NCBI RefSeq assembly: GCF_006345805.1
Contig: NC_042998.1
Coordinates: 46,004,001-46,068,000 of the forward strand
Origin: Octopus sinensis
Taxonomy: Eukaryota
DNA: 64,000 nt
Direction of reading: 5' to 3'
How positions within the stretch are numbered: the first letter of the stretch is position 1; every line of letters begins with the position of its first letter. The notes under the pieces were generated by a model. The model did no database searches and was not told where the DNA came from. It worked only from the letters and a program-made list of their open reading frames with translations. The position numbers were made by a program, and so were the translations under genes. Of this stretch, positions 51,967 to 64,000 are shown piece by piece.

Positions 51967-54413
51967 GGGCTTCCACAACTTCTGTCTACCAAATGTATTC
52001 ATTGCTCCAAGGCTATATTAAAAGACAATAGCCTAAAGTGGCATGTAGCTGTACTGGATTTGAAATCACAGTTGCAAAGCAAGCTTCTTAACCACACAGG
52101 CATACATATGCAAACTTTACCTTCATATTTATGTGATAGAGAACAAAAAGTAAAAAAGAGAAATCAAGATATAGTGGATGTAGAAAGGAGGATGATGATG
52201 CGAACGGTCCTCTGAGTTGTTGAATGATGGACATAAGGAGGGTGATTGTAAAAGGATAGACAATGATTTCATAGTAGTAATGGAGTGTAAAGAAAGGTAA
52301 TAAGATCATGTTGAGGACACAAGTTTATTAATCCTATTATCCAGGATTGCTTTATTAAATGTGTTCTTTTATTAAGATAGTAGGGAGTAATTTTAGGGAA
52401 GTTTAGCTGTTATTTTAACCATATAAACCAGCCATATCTAGCTCAAATAGTCAACCTCTTTTATATTCAGATTGGCCAAATCTTGCCTGTAACACCTACC
52501 CTACAACATCATTTTGAAAATATGCAATCACATCATTGAATCTTTCTGCTACAAGATGATAAATGATTAATTGAAAATACTGTGAATAAATAAGTAATGC
52601 AAATAAATAAGTAATGCAAATGCTAAAGGATTAAATTAGCGGGATTGAATTGCGAAATAGAACTCGCACATGATGTGTCCCCAGGTAGCAAATAGAGGGA
52701 TGATCTTTAGATACAAGTGTTAATGGTGAATATAGAAATAAAACATCTGGGGCTAAACATGGATTGCCCTTTGGCAAAGCATAGCACCTCACAGCCACCT
52801 GGTCTTGGATTATAGGTGAAACCTTGAGAAGCATTGTGATGGATGTGCTGTATTGCTGAAACATTCATCCACTGACCAATGGTGACACTTGTACAATGCT
52901 TGGCAGAGGAACTTCTGTGGAATCAATGATCAAAATTGCCAATTTCCCTAAAGCGTATTACTGCTAATGTTTGTACATAGCTCCACCAACCATGGACATT
53001 ATTAGTCAATAAAATTAATTCCCTCAGTCACACATCCAACCCATGCTAGCATGGAAAGCGGACGTTAAAAGATGATGATGATGATATGACTGATGATCTC
53101 AGTGAAAATGTGCTGTGTTGATGTGTATGGATAGCAAAGTTAATGGATAGCAAAGGCAATTAGTTACTGATTTCTGGAATGGTCATGGTACTGGTTTGGA
53201 AATGTAATGTAATTAGATGGTACATGCTGAATAATAAAAAATGGAAAAAAAAACCCTCCCTAAAATCTGTTGTTATTGCTGTTTAACCCCAGTTTAGCAC
53301 TAATCCAGGAGAGATGATGTAAAGCATTCCATATGGACTATTTTTCTTTTTTCTCTCTGTTTATCTAAGAGAACATTATTTTACTTGCCTTTCCATTTTT
53401 AAGAGAATAAGCTGAGGTGAGGAAGATTTGGTTGTTGTTGCTAGCATGTTGAGCAATCACATAGTTTTTTTTTTTTTTTGGTTTATAGAGGGCTTCTTTG
53501 GTTTAGAGTTGGTAGTGAAGATTATTTGTGATACATATATTCAAAGAAAGACTTGGTTGAAAATAGTTAGGTCAGATCTGAGAATGTTGAACTTCTCAAA
53601 TAAAAGAGATGTATGGTAAAATGTTGAATACAAATTCATCATCTCGTGTCAGAATGAAAAAAAAAGACAACAAAAATAAAATAAAACAAAAAACAAAAGT
53701 TGTTAAATGCAGCAGGAGCAAAATTTGACGATAGCATGAAGATTATATAGATTAGTATTTCCAAATGAAATGTTTGTAAAAAAATGTATTTGATATAGAT
53801 GTATAATAAAAGCAGTAAAAATAAACTGTTGGGAAACAAAATGGAAAATACCGACTTTGCTTGGAGCAATCTGGAACAATAAAAGAATCCATTAGTGCAA
53901 GTTGTGGAATTTTCAAAGATTTAAAATTTCTGTTTTTAATCCACTATTTTTCTCTCTTTTTGATCATGACAAAACAATGATGTGTTTTCTAAACATTTCT
54001 TGATTGTTTTTGTTGTTTTTCTAGTACGATTATTTCAATGTTTTATCCTGCATTTTATTTATGTCATTCACGTGTAGCTTATTTATTTACATGGTTATAT
54101 CAAAACTTTACTTACAATTATTAATAGATATATCTTGTCGTTAATTATTGATGGAATTTATCGTAAAAAAAAAACAAAAACAAGAGCTTACTTATATTGA
54201 CATGTATAAATTGTAAGTAAGATAATAGATACAAGTATAGCCTTGTGGTAAGAAATCTGGTTCCCAACCACATAGTTCTGGGTTTAGTCCTACTCAGTAG
54301 TACCTTGGGCAAGTGTCTTCTCTATCAGCCCTGAGCCAACCAAAGCCTTGTGGGTGGATTTGGTGGACAGAAACTGAAAGAGGCCCATCATATATATATA
54401 TATATATATATAA

Positions 54414-54733
54414 CATCATCATCATCGTTTAACGTCTGTTTTCCATGTTAGCATGGGTTGGATGGTTTGACCGGGGTCTGGGAAGCCAGGAGGCTGCACT
54501 AGGCTCCAGTCTGATCTGGCAGTGTTTCTACAGCTGGATGCCCTTCCTAACACCAACCACTCCGTGAGTGTAGTGGGTGTTTTTTTTGTGCCACCGGCAC
54601 AGGGGCCAGAGGAGGCTGGCAAACGGCCACGGTCGGTTGGTGCTTTTTACGTGTCACCGATACAGACACCAGTCAGGCGGCGCTGGCATCTGCCACATTC
54701 GGATGGTGCTTTTTACGTGTCTCCGGCACGGGT
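54414..54733 (-). mobile_element. RTE 3' UTR fragment with three tandem units
   Basis: As above; repeated ggtgctttt(t)acgtg.cacc units. Confidence 0.82.
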
Positions 54734-55068
54734 ATTTTAACAACAATTTCCATTTGATTTTTATTTTGATGTTGGTGTTGACGTACTTGGCTCAGTAGGT
54801 CTCCTCAAGAACTTCCAAATTAAGCTAGTAGGGATATACAATCAATGCTGGCTAGCCTCCATGAGCATAGAAAAGCTTCGGTTAGTTTATTTCACTATCC
54901 TCAGTAGATCTTCACATCAGTAAATCCATATGTCTCTATAGAGACTGCATGTTGTTGGTAGAGAAGAAATAATAAATTTATTATGAGTACAGAGATTAAT
55001 ATATCCAGTTTATATAAATCTCTGTTCTCCTTATTATTAATTTATACATACATACATACATACATACA

Positions 55069-55104
<36 letters not shown>

Positions 55105-55597
55105 TATATATGTATATGTGTGTGTGTATGTTACTGTCTTGATGTCACATGATAGTTATAAATGAGTGTCACAGTCATACAAATAGTGTCATTTTCAGTA
55201 TCCAATGAAAACATGTCTCATCTGATCATGTGGAAATATTACATTACTTGGAAATAGGTGATGGTTGGTGACAGGAAGGGCATCCGACCATAGAAAATGT
55301 ACCTCAACAAATTCTGTCTAACTCATGCGAGCATAGAAAGTGGACAATGAAATGAAATGATATCATGTGGTTAACATATATCTTGTATAAAAGTTACGGA
55401 AGTATAAGGAAAGTATTGTTCATTGCTTAATTCTTTATAGTGAATTGAAAACAGAATTTTAAACTCTTAAAATTCTACAACTTCCACTAAGGGATTCTTT
55501 TATTGTTCTAGATTGCTCTGAACAAAGTCAGTATTTTACATTTCATTTTCCAACAGTTTATTTTTACCGTTTTTATTATACATCTATATCAAATACA

Positions 55598-55981
55598 TCT
55601 TTATATATAAAAGTAAGGTTGTGTGTCTGTCTACTCCGATTTAGATTCCTAACTACTCCCACATTTTGCGGTGCAGTTTAACCAAAGCCTGGTATCTTAT
55701 AGTCGTGATTCATATCGAGCCCTTCTGGGTATTAGCGCGCGTCTACGATGAGTCTACGATTTAAAAAATAATTAACCATCATTTTTTTTCCATTTTAATG
55801 CATATTTTTTTAAATATAAGGGAAGTAACTTTCTAAAAATGTTTACGATGAGTCAACGATTTAAAAAAAAATTTACCATCATATTTTTTCCATTTTTAAT
55901 GCATTTTTTTGCTATAACTCTCAAAAATGCTTTATAGTTATTTCCCTTACAAACCCGAGCAACGCCGGGCGATACTGCTAG
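55598..55981 (+). mobile_element. Non-autonomous Helitron
   Basis: A|TCtttatatataaaag start, 3' hairpin CCCG-agcaacgc-CGGG, CTAG|T end, no TSD. Internal ~65-bp duplication (55744/55844). Confidence 0.88.
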
Positions 55982-56181
55982 TTTTTATATAAAAGAGTTA
56001 AGCAATAAACAATCTGCTTGAGACTGTTCCTGGTTCTATGACACAATCTTCTTGTTTTAAAGGGGTCTGAATTAAATCTTCTTTCAAAATTGTATGTTAA
56101 TTTGTTCCAAACACTGGTTTAATAACAAAAGAGTTCATTATTTACATTCAACAGATATTTGTCCTCATCTTGTTTGTTGTT

Positions 56182-56227
56182 AACACAACATTTTGGCTGA
56201 TATACCCTCTAGCCTTCTTCAGGTGTT
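56182..56227 (-). ncRNA. Hammerhead motif, inactivated copy
   Basis: AACAC-CTGAAGA-A-GGCTA...CAGCC-AAAA-TGTT-GTGTT: GAAAC has changed to AAAAT, consistent with two CpG transitions. Confidence 0.7.
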
Positions 56228-56425
56228 TTGGGGAAATTTCGAACCTGGGTTCTTATTCCTAAGGTATTCTTCGATGTTATTATTATTATTGTTCAGGTCA
56301 CTGCTTGGAATCGAACTTGGAATTTTGGGGTTAGTAGCCCGTGCTCTTAACCACTATGCCATATGCCCAATAATAACATTGAAAAATACCTTAGGAATGA
56401 GAACCCAGGTTCGAAATTTTCCCAA

Positions 56426-56471
56426 GACACCTGAAGAAGGCTGGAGGGTATATCAGCCGAAACGTTGTGTT
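56426..56471 (+). ncRNA. Minimal type I hammerhead ribozyme motif, core intact
   Basis: GACAC-CTGAAGA-A-GGCTG(gagggtatat)CAGCC-GAAA-CGTT^GTGTT: stem I 5 bp, stem II 5 bp, palindromic AACGTT stem III, predicted GUU cleavage after 56466. Confidence 0.85.
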
Positions 56472-57879
56472 AACAACAAACAAGATGAGGACAAATATCC
56501 ATCGAATGTAAATAATGTACATAATTCCTCATCTCTAAAATATAGAACTGAACAAAAAAGTTATTTTACTAAATTATTTGTTATTTTAAAAGTTAATTGA
56601 AACAAAGGTAAGTGTATTTCAATAGAAATATGATAACAAAAGGGTTAATGATAATGAAGCGTTGCTTATGACATAATTTGGAACTCACTGACATATCTCT
56701 CCACATATCTGGTTTAGTCATGTGTGTGAGTTGTGTTGGATCAGATCTATTTGGTGTGACTTGCTGGTCCACTGCACTAAATATGTTGTACTTACTCCAT
56801 TGTGAAAAAAGATCTTATTACAAAGATTAGTTGTAATTTGAACAGACATAAATTGCCCAGTTTATGCCAAATGTTTTTTTTCAGCAACGTTTTTGATATG
56901 ATAATCTTGTACATTTTTGAGGAATACTATCTTAAAATCTAGGACAAAAATGCATGATATGTATTTAAAAAGTAGCAAATTTGTTAAAAGAGGTCTAGCT
57001 GTCATGTTAGCAAGCTGAATGTCTATACAGAAACTTTCACATTTGTTAGTTGGTTAATTGGTTAGTGTTCTCTATGATTCTACATGAAGAATATACATGA
57101 AAAGAAAAGCTAATTTATTGCAAGTTCTGTGTCTACATGGTGAATATAGATAAAACAAAGGCTAATTTATAGCAAGTCAGTGATGCAAATTGTTACAAAG
57201 CTGTGCTATTATTTCCATAAAAAAAAACCAAAAGTATAATCAAAACCACATAGTTTTGAAATGAATCAATAATGTCAGAAAATAAAATTGCATTATTAGC
57301 GTTGGAAACTATGCAAGAAATAATATGCCTAGTATTCTATTGACAATTGTGATGGCAATAGACTTTCTAATTACACAGCAGAGGTGGTATGGATCTGTTG
57401 TGACATTACTATCAAATTTATGGTAATTACTGGTGTAGAAAAAGTTGATTTCTTGTCAGTTGTTCCAATTAAAGCATTGACTGAGAGAGAACACGTTATA
57501 ATATGATTACCATGGAAACTGGAATGTTACACACTGCAGTGTGTGTGCTAAATGTTGGAAATGTATGTACGCTGTATACATACATATATGTGTGTGGTGT
57601 GTGTGTGTATATATATATATGTATATATCTATATATATATGGATAAAAAAGAGATATGTAATATAACAATCAGTGTCATTTGATACTGAAAAGTAAAGCA
57701 TGATCAAGATAAATTTACTGTGTAGATAAGCAGTTATTAGAGAAAATCTAGGAGAGATAGGTCGCTGAGTTAATAATACATCAGTCTACTCCCAACCCCC
57801 ACCTAAAGGAGCTGGTTTGTATCTTGTCTTTTCTTTCAAGGTGACTACACTTATTTCAGATTGTTTAAATTGCTTCATA

Positions 57880-57985
57880 GTGGCTTTGGTTTTCCTTTTA
57901 AGAGCTGGAAAATACTTCAGCTCTTAACACAACTGTTAATTCTGTACAATGCACAGATTCGCCTTGCATTAGAGATCTGCTAAAT
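57880..57985 (+). mobile_element. Old LINE ORF2 fragment (L2/Jockey-like)
   Basis: Reads approximately GFLLRAGKYFSS..QLLILYNAQIRLALEIC, resembling the post-RT motif LY.AQIRP.LEY. Confidence 0.5.
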
Positions 57986-60900
57986 TTCTGTTGTATCTGA
58001 TTCTCTTCTTCCTTACACTCTTTCTTTCTGCACTAAACACTTTTCCTGATCTTTCTTTCCTTTTACTACAACCTTTGGCACACATCCCATGCTCATGATC
58101 TTCTCTCAGCCACTTAACAAGAATTCAGACTAAACATTAACTTTTTTATGGCCTAGATAGAAGAGGAAGGATTGTACCCATTAACCTTTACAGGGCCATT
58201 AAAACTGGTGATGAGAAAAGAAGAGAAACCATTAATCAAATATAGTCCTTCCAATGAGCTTCCATTCAGTTTTTGTTACCCAATTTCACTCACAAGTCTT
58301 GCTAGAAAACCCTTGTCCAATGTACTATGTAGTGGGATTGAACCTGGGACTACGAAATAAACTTCTTACCCATACAGCTATACTTGCGCACATCTCATTA
58401 ACTTTTCCCCAGTTATCCAGTTATCTGTATCTTGGAAAGCTATGGCTGCTGCCCTTATTCATTAGCCTAACTAATAAAACAATGGTATACTTTACTTAGT
58501 TGTAAATCAGTACAAGTTCAATGCTGCAAACAGCTGAAGCATTACAATTGAAATCTGCTTTCTCAGTTTCAGTTACAGAGCTGAAGTTTTCTTACATGTT
58601 TAGCATGGAAATAAATGGTCTCTCTTAGGTTGACTTGCCTTAGTTAAACTGCATGGAAACAAAATCTTCAGTGGTGCTGCAATGAAGAGATGGGTTGCAG
58701 AAAATTTGATCTGCTTACGGAACAGTAAGCTTGCTTTTGTATATTCAAAAAGGGAAGAAATCAATAGCTTTCACATACAACAAAATGTTCTTATTGTAAA
58801 CATCTAATGGAAGTAATTATTTCTTTTGATATACCTCAATACCTCTTTTTGTAAGGGAAGGGATATTGTTCATGGTATTAAGCTCCAATATATTGTATGC
58901 TCTCATTTTATTTACTAAGGTAAGGCCTCTGGTAAGATTTGAAGCCAAAGCAATGAAGCATAAAATAAGATACAATATAGGAACTAATGTGACTATCTAT
59001 CATTTTCAATATTGTCATCACAGTTTTTATGGAATTAAAAAAAAATATATTATTAAGTGAATCTGACAGAATTCCTTTGTTCAGACAACCTACTGAATTA
59101 TATCCCCTGTAAGTTGAACTCTTGTTATTGAACAAATTATATTTCTTGAGTGCTACTACAGTTTTACAGTTAGGAAATAGAAAGGAACTGATACTAGCAC
59201 TAACAAAGAATTACAATAGTTTAAATTTTATCTAAGAATGGTCATTGATGGGGTTTGTTCTTAAGGTCACTTTTATTCAAGTTAGATGATCAGAAATTGA
59301 GTGGATGCACATCCTAATAATGAAGTGCTTGAGCAAAACACTTTTACCATAGCTTGTGTTGTAAAATTATTAAGTTTTGATCAATGGGGTAGAGTCATAT
59401 TAGCTATTTAAAACATACATACACTGTTATAATCATCTCAGCTTTATCATTATTTCTTTCTTTTACAACAAAGTCACAAGACAAAACAAAACTACAAAAA
59501 GAAACAGTAAAAATAAAAGAAATAAGCAATTATGATAAGCTAATGGACATTGTTGTAAAAGAGATTGTTAGAATGAGAGAATGCGTGTATATATGAGAAA
59601 AATGGAGAGAAGAGAAAAAAAGAAACAGGAAGGTAAATCTCAGTAGTAATAAGAAATGTCTCAGTTTATATACCAAGTGATTTCTAATAGATACTGTCAA
59701 GTGACAGAATATAAATTGTTCTATGAAAGTCATTGATACTATTGTAAAAAAAAAAAAAATAAATGAAATGAAAGTGAAACAGCAATGTATGTGTATTTTA
59801 AGGACTAATGCGAATGACTTTACCGAAATGTATTTGATTTAGTTTCAACACATGACCTTACATAAAATCATTTACCAAACAAGCACAACAAAGGAAGTTA
59901 TATTTGTAATATATGTAGGTGAGTCTTTAACATGAAGGTCTGAAATAGCAACATGAACGAATCTATTTATATACATTATTAGAATTAGTTACATGCATAA
60001 AATAAGCTTTTTTACACCAATTTTAAACATTTCAAAACAACCTACTTTAATATAATTCTTTTATCTTGCGTTCTCTCCCTCTTTCTTCCTTTTTTGTTTT
60101 TTTTTGTAAAATTGCCGCTTGTGTAAATGTATGTTTTTTTAACTTTTTTTTCATACTATGTTCTTCAACATGGCTAGTCACGGTACTACGTGAACATTTG
60201 CTGCTTACTTAAGGTGTCAACTAATTTTTTTACATCTCAATAGTAATTTCAGTCCATCTCTGTGATCTACTAACCAACTGATTGATCTACTCATTACCAA
60301 TCATATTTATGGCCAGACATTTTTGTTTATGTGGCTTCACATATTATTGAAACTCTTGGTTAAATAATTGATTTCTAACTTTGTTAGGAAAGAAATAATG
60401 TCATTAGAACTAACCCTCATCTACTACTGGCACTTATTTTATTGACCCTTGAAAGGTAAATACAACTCTGTCAGTACTTGAACTCAGAATGTAAATACAC
60501 ATACATAAATGTCACATGCTTTTGCCACACCATCCTTCCACTCACTATACAATATTAACCATCGGTTTTATCTTTGTCATTACGATAATTTCCTAATGGT
60601 ATAATCTTGTGAAAGAAGTCATTTTTATTAGATAGTAACTAGACATGTGTCTACTAATATATAAAGAAGGAGAGTGCATTGTAACAATAAGGAATAATTA
60701 AATTTCAAGAGAATATAATTTTAGTTTTATAATCGAAATTGAAGTATGGTGAATTTGTGAAGTGGAATAAATTGAAGCATTTCTGTTTCATAAATGAACA
60801 TTTCAGACATTTAAAAATTATTTCAAACTAATTCTTTGTATATTTTGTTGGATATCTATAAATGTTTTGAAATAAGGAATAATGTGTCTTAGTAAAAGTC

Positions 60901-61490
60901 TTTATAGTGGACATAGTCAAGATTGATTAGTAGCAGGAACTTCCAAAGTGCTATAGCATCCGAGAAGGATCTTTGTTTTGGATGCAGAGTGCAAACACTG
61001 TGTACACAAAAAGTGAAATTTTCAACAAATATGCAAGAGTTACAGCTGTAGCTAAAATAATGAAGTACATTGCCTAAATATATGTATCTTGGTGGAAGTG
61101 GTTGATAAAAACTGCTTTGTATAATATATAGTTAGTATTGGGAGTGGATCTTGTAAAAGTTTAGCAATTTGGGTTAGAGTGAAATAGAGTAAATTTACCA
61201 AACTTATTATTCCTATTTTTAGCAAATATTTGAAAGACAGTGTAAAAACCAAAATTTGAGAAAACAATTAGTTTATGTGAGATTTCTAGAAAAATTTGAT
61301 AAATTCAGTTGCCATATCTGAGGTTTTGACCCTTGTCGTTTGTGTGAGAGTGGGGAAAAGAAAGTCTTGTTACTGGATCACAACCAAAGTGATAACTTCA
61401 CTTTATCTTCTCCAGTTAACACTCTCAAAGTGCAATCACTTTCAATAATACTAAGCTACAACAATCACAGTATGTGTGTGTGTATACCAA

Positions 61491-61750
61491 CTGGCTTCCG
61501 TGCCGGTGGCACATAAAATACACCAATCTGACCGTGGCCGTTGCCAGCCTCGCCTGGCACCTGTGCAGGTGGCACGTAAAAAGCACCCACTACACTCACG
61601 GAGTGGTTGGCGTTAGGAAGGGCATCCAGCTGTAGAAACATTGCCAGATTAGACTGGAGCCTGGTGCAGCCTTCTGGCTTCCCAGAACCCCGGTCGAACC
61701 GTCCAACCCATGCTAGCATGGAGAACGGACGTTAAACGATGATGATGATG

Positions 61751-61755
<5 letters not shown>
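61491..61755 (+). mobile_element. RTE 3' UTR fragment with (GAT)n tail followed by (TA)n
   Basis: Homology to 34020-34283. Confidence 0.85.
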
Positions 61756-61797
<42 letters not shown>

Positions 61798-61806
61798 ATA
61801 TATATG

Positions 61807-61848
<42 letters not shown>

Positions 61849-63315
61849 TATATACATATATATATACATATATATATACATATATATATATAATTTCAAC
61901 AAAGAAAACTGTTTGCTGATCAGTGCTTATATTTGTCAGTCTATAAAAATTGTAATTGGCATTATTTAAATTGAGATGTAAAATGATGATTTGAATATAT
62001 ATTCTTAATACATACCAGCAGGATCAAATGCAAATCATCATTGTGAATCTTACTGTACATTACGCAAATAGCACTTTTTCTTCTATAAGGGTGCATAATT
62101 CTCTGAAATAATGAACTGTGTTTTGTCTCCTTTCAAGTTCAGTTGCCTCCCAAGTGTTTCTTACTCCACAAACCATGCACATTAGTACTTAACTTTACCT
62201 TTCCTCCTGCTAAATTACTATTCTCTGCAACAACTCCCTGTTCATATTGTTATTCATTTGCAGGTGAGCTCCTGTTGAGCAGGTCCACATTAAAAGCATT
62301 TTAGCCATGACCACTATTTCTTAGTTTTTGAAACTCACTCTTTCTTTTTTTAAGATGATTGGATGTAATATGTGAATTGGTTGCTATTTCTAGCAAATTG
62401 TGGAGGCTTCCTTGTTGTGTTTTCCCAACAAGCATCAACTTACAGTTGTTGACATTAAACATTAATGACATTAATTTCACTGGTGTGAAAAAGGGGCTTG
62501 TCATAATCATGGATGCTTCCCTCCTTCTTAGACTGAATAATAATTTTACCAAAAATCCCTTGAACAAAAATAAAACAATAACAACAACAGTAATAGCTAT
62601 TAAAATGATGTCAGGAATTCCTTTTCTAATTGCATAAATGGATACAAAAAAAAAATGAAAACTATTCACTCTTGTTAACAACTTGTAAGAAATAATCAAT
62701 TTGTTATGTAAAGAATTGCGTGGAGAATACCAAGATTTAATTGATATTGAAGTTAATTCTGTAGAGGTTAATTTCTGTAAGTGATCTCTACTATTGAATT
62801 CCAATATACATGCTCTTTTATTCAACTTTCACAAAACTGAAATTGGTTGAATGAATTTCAATCAATCTGATTATAATGGTATTCACATAGCTGTGTTTTT
62901 GTAATTTAAATAAAAGATAAAACATTCAATTATATGTGTGCTTGTATGCATGCATGCATGTATGTATATGTGCATAGTCTATTTTAGAAGTGAGAACTAT
63001 TACACTCTTAAACATCTGTTGACCATTTCCAAAACTTATAAATATGCTCCACTGAGGAGAACTCCTCTCTTATTGGATGCTGTCCTCCTTTAAACCCTGA
63101 CACTTTGGATTCCATGAGAGAACCTCAACACCTCTACATAGTTACTCAACCTACTAAGAATAACAGTCAAATCTCTCTCAAATTACTCCCTATTATTTTA
63201 AATGGTAACACATAGACGGTGATGTGCAACAAAACAGGCTAGTCATAGCTAGAATTATTTTGATCTAAAGTTTGCCTAATTGGGTTGAGCTGGGATTAAA
63301 CATCATCATCATCAG

Positions 63316-63347
<32 letters not shown>

Positions 63348-64000
63348 GCAGTAGAAGCAGTAGAAAGCTATTTTTGTGATCATTATACTGTGTACTTCCT
63401 GTACCTCTTCAAATGTTGGTCTCATAGACTTTGTTCATCAGAGCTTGCTGACTTGACTGCATTTTGTCTGTCTTCAAATATACTTGTTCTAGCTGCTTCT
63501 CTCTTTCAAATTTCTCACACTTGGTTTCTTTCTGTAAAACCAAAGTACTTAACATTAAATGCCATCCTTCATTCCCAAAACTGACACTCCCTAGAACTTT
63601 CTTCATTCCAATATATTCTTGCTGAAAAAAAATTCTTTTATCTACATATTAACAATACTACCTTCAATCAGCTTTCACCCACTTGATCCAATTAAATCTC
63701 TTGTAAATTATGAGCCAAAACTGCTGCTTTTAAAACCTGGTATACCATCTTTTGGTAAAAGTCAAGATTTTCTACAAAAAAATTTCTTGATTGTTAATTA
63801 TAAGTATACAAAGTTATAAAAATAAATCAGTTTACATTTTTTATTTCTTATGTAAATATTTATAATTACATTTTTTTTACAATAAACTTAATTACATTTT
63901 CATACATATATAATAAAATTATTTAATGTGACCTTATTAGATTACTCTCAATTCAATGTGGTTTTCAAATACAGAAAGATAGAAAGGTTCTCTGACTGAT

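Larger units (their letters stand above)
56133..56551. mobile_element. tRNA-headed, hammerhead-tailed retroelement with 5' inverted duplication (candidate Penelope-mobilised SINE)
   Basis: Minus-strand unit 56368->56133: A box TGGCATAGTGG (56361-51), B box AGTTCGATTCC (56317-07), (AAT)n, body, hammerhead. Arms 56133-56284 and 56369-56520 are 152-bp inverted copies with 12 differences. Confidence 0.75.
55997..56648. mobile_element. piggyBac-like MITE related to 6829-7049, interrupted by the tRNA-hammerhead element
   Basis: 56553-56648 and ~56028-56130 align to the reverse complement of the 6.9-kb MITE. Right end gataacaaaaggg|TTAA. Left TIR degraded. Confidence 0.7.

Noticed and set aside
53085-53115. 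CTGATGA-TCTCAGT-GAAA
   Set aside because: No stem II or stem I pairing, and it sits next to a (GAT)n tail.
56291-56368. Possible tRNA gene; likewise the other A/B-box heads
   Set aside because: T-stem unpaired and acceptor stem imperfect; contiguous with repeat bodies, so these are SINE heads.
57841-57985. Strong + strand acceptor with a phase-1 open frame, a possible SAPCD2 exon 2
   Set aside because: The peptide has no SAPCD C-terminal similarity, ends in a stop and overlaps a LINE-like fragment.
62301-62825. 174-aa minus-strand ORF
   Set aside because: No recognisable domain, AT-driven composition, and its distal part overlaps a repeat also seen near 51.43 kb.
63405-63533. Minus-strand candidate exon (tttggttttacag|KETKCEKFEREKQLEQ...ETNI*)
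   Set aside because: Good acceptor, but a stop precedes the donor, there is no partner exon and no homology recognised. An old LINE relic is equally likely.

Overview
AT-rich animal genomic DNA. The SINE, microsatellite and transposon repertoire looks like an octopus or other coleoid cephalopod; this is an inference, not a database match. One host gene is recognisable: the large first coding exon of a suppressor-APC-domain protein (SAPCD2-like, + strand, 28632-29832, phase-1 G|GTAAGA donor). It is preceded by a CpG-retaining promoter-like region. I found no downstream exons, so 29833-64000 may be intron. Most of the rest is decayed mobile DNA: RTE and CR1 LINE fragments, several tRNA-derived SINE families, mariner/Tc1 relics, non-autonomous piggyBac-, hAT-, pogo- and Merlin-like MITEs, a Helitron, and long microsatellites that generate most of the ORF track. 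The most unusual signal is a set of hammerhead-ribozyme (HHR) motifs in three unrelated repeat families, at about 13.55, 37.0 and 56.2/56.4 kb. The best case is a ~236-nt unit with a tRNA-derived Pol III head and a hammerhead-bearing tail. Its tail is duplicated in inverted orientation directly 5' of the head, as in Penelope-like element insertions, making it a candidate ribozyme-carrying, Penelope-mobilised SINE. All coordinates were read by eye and may be off by a few bases at degenerate ends.
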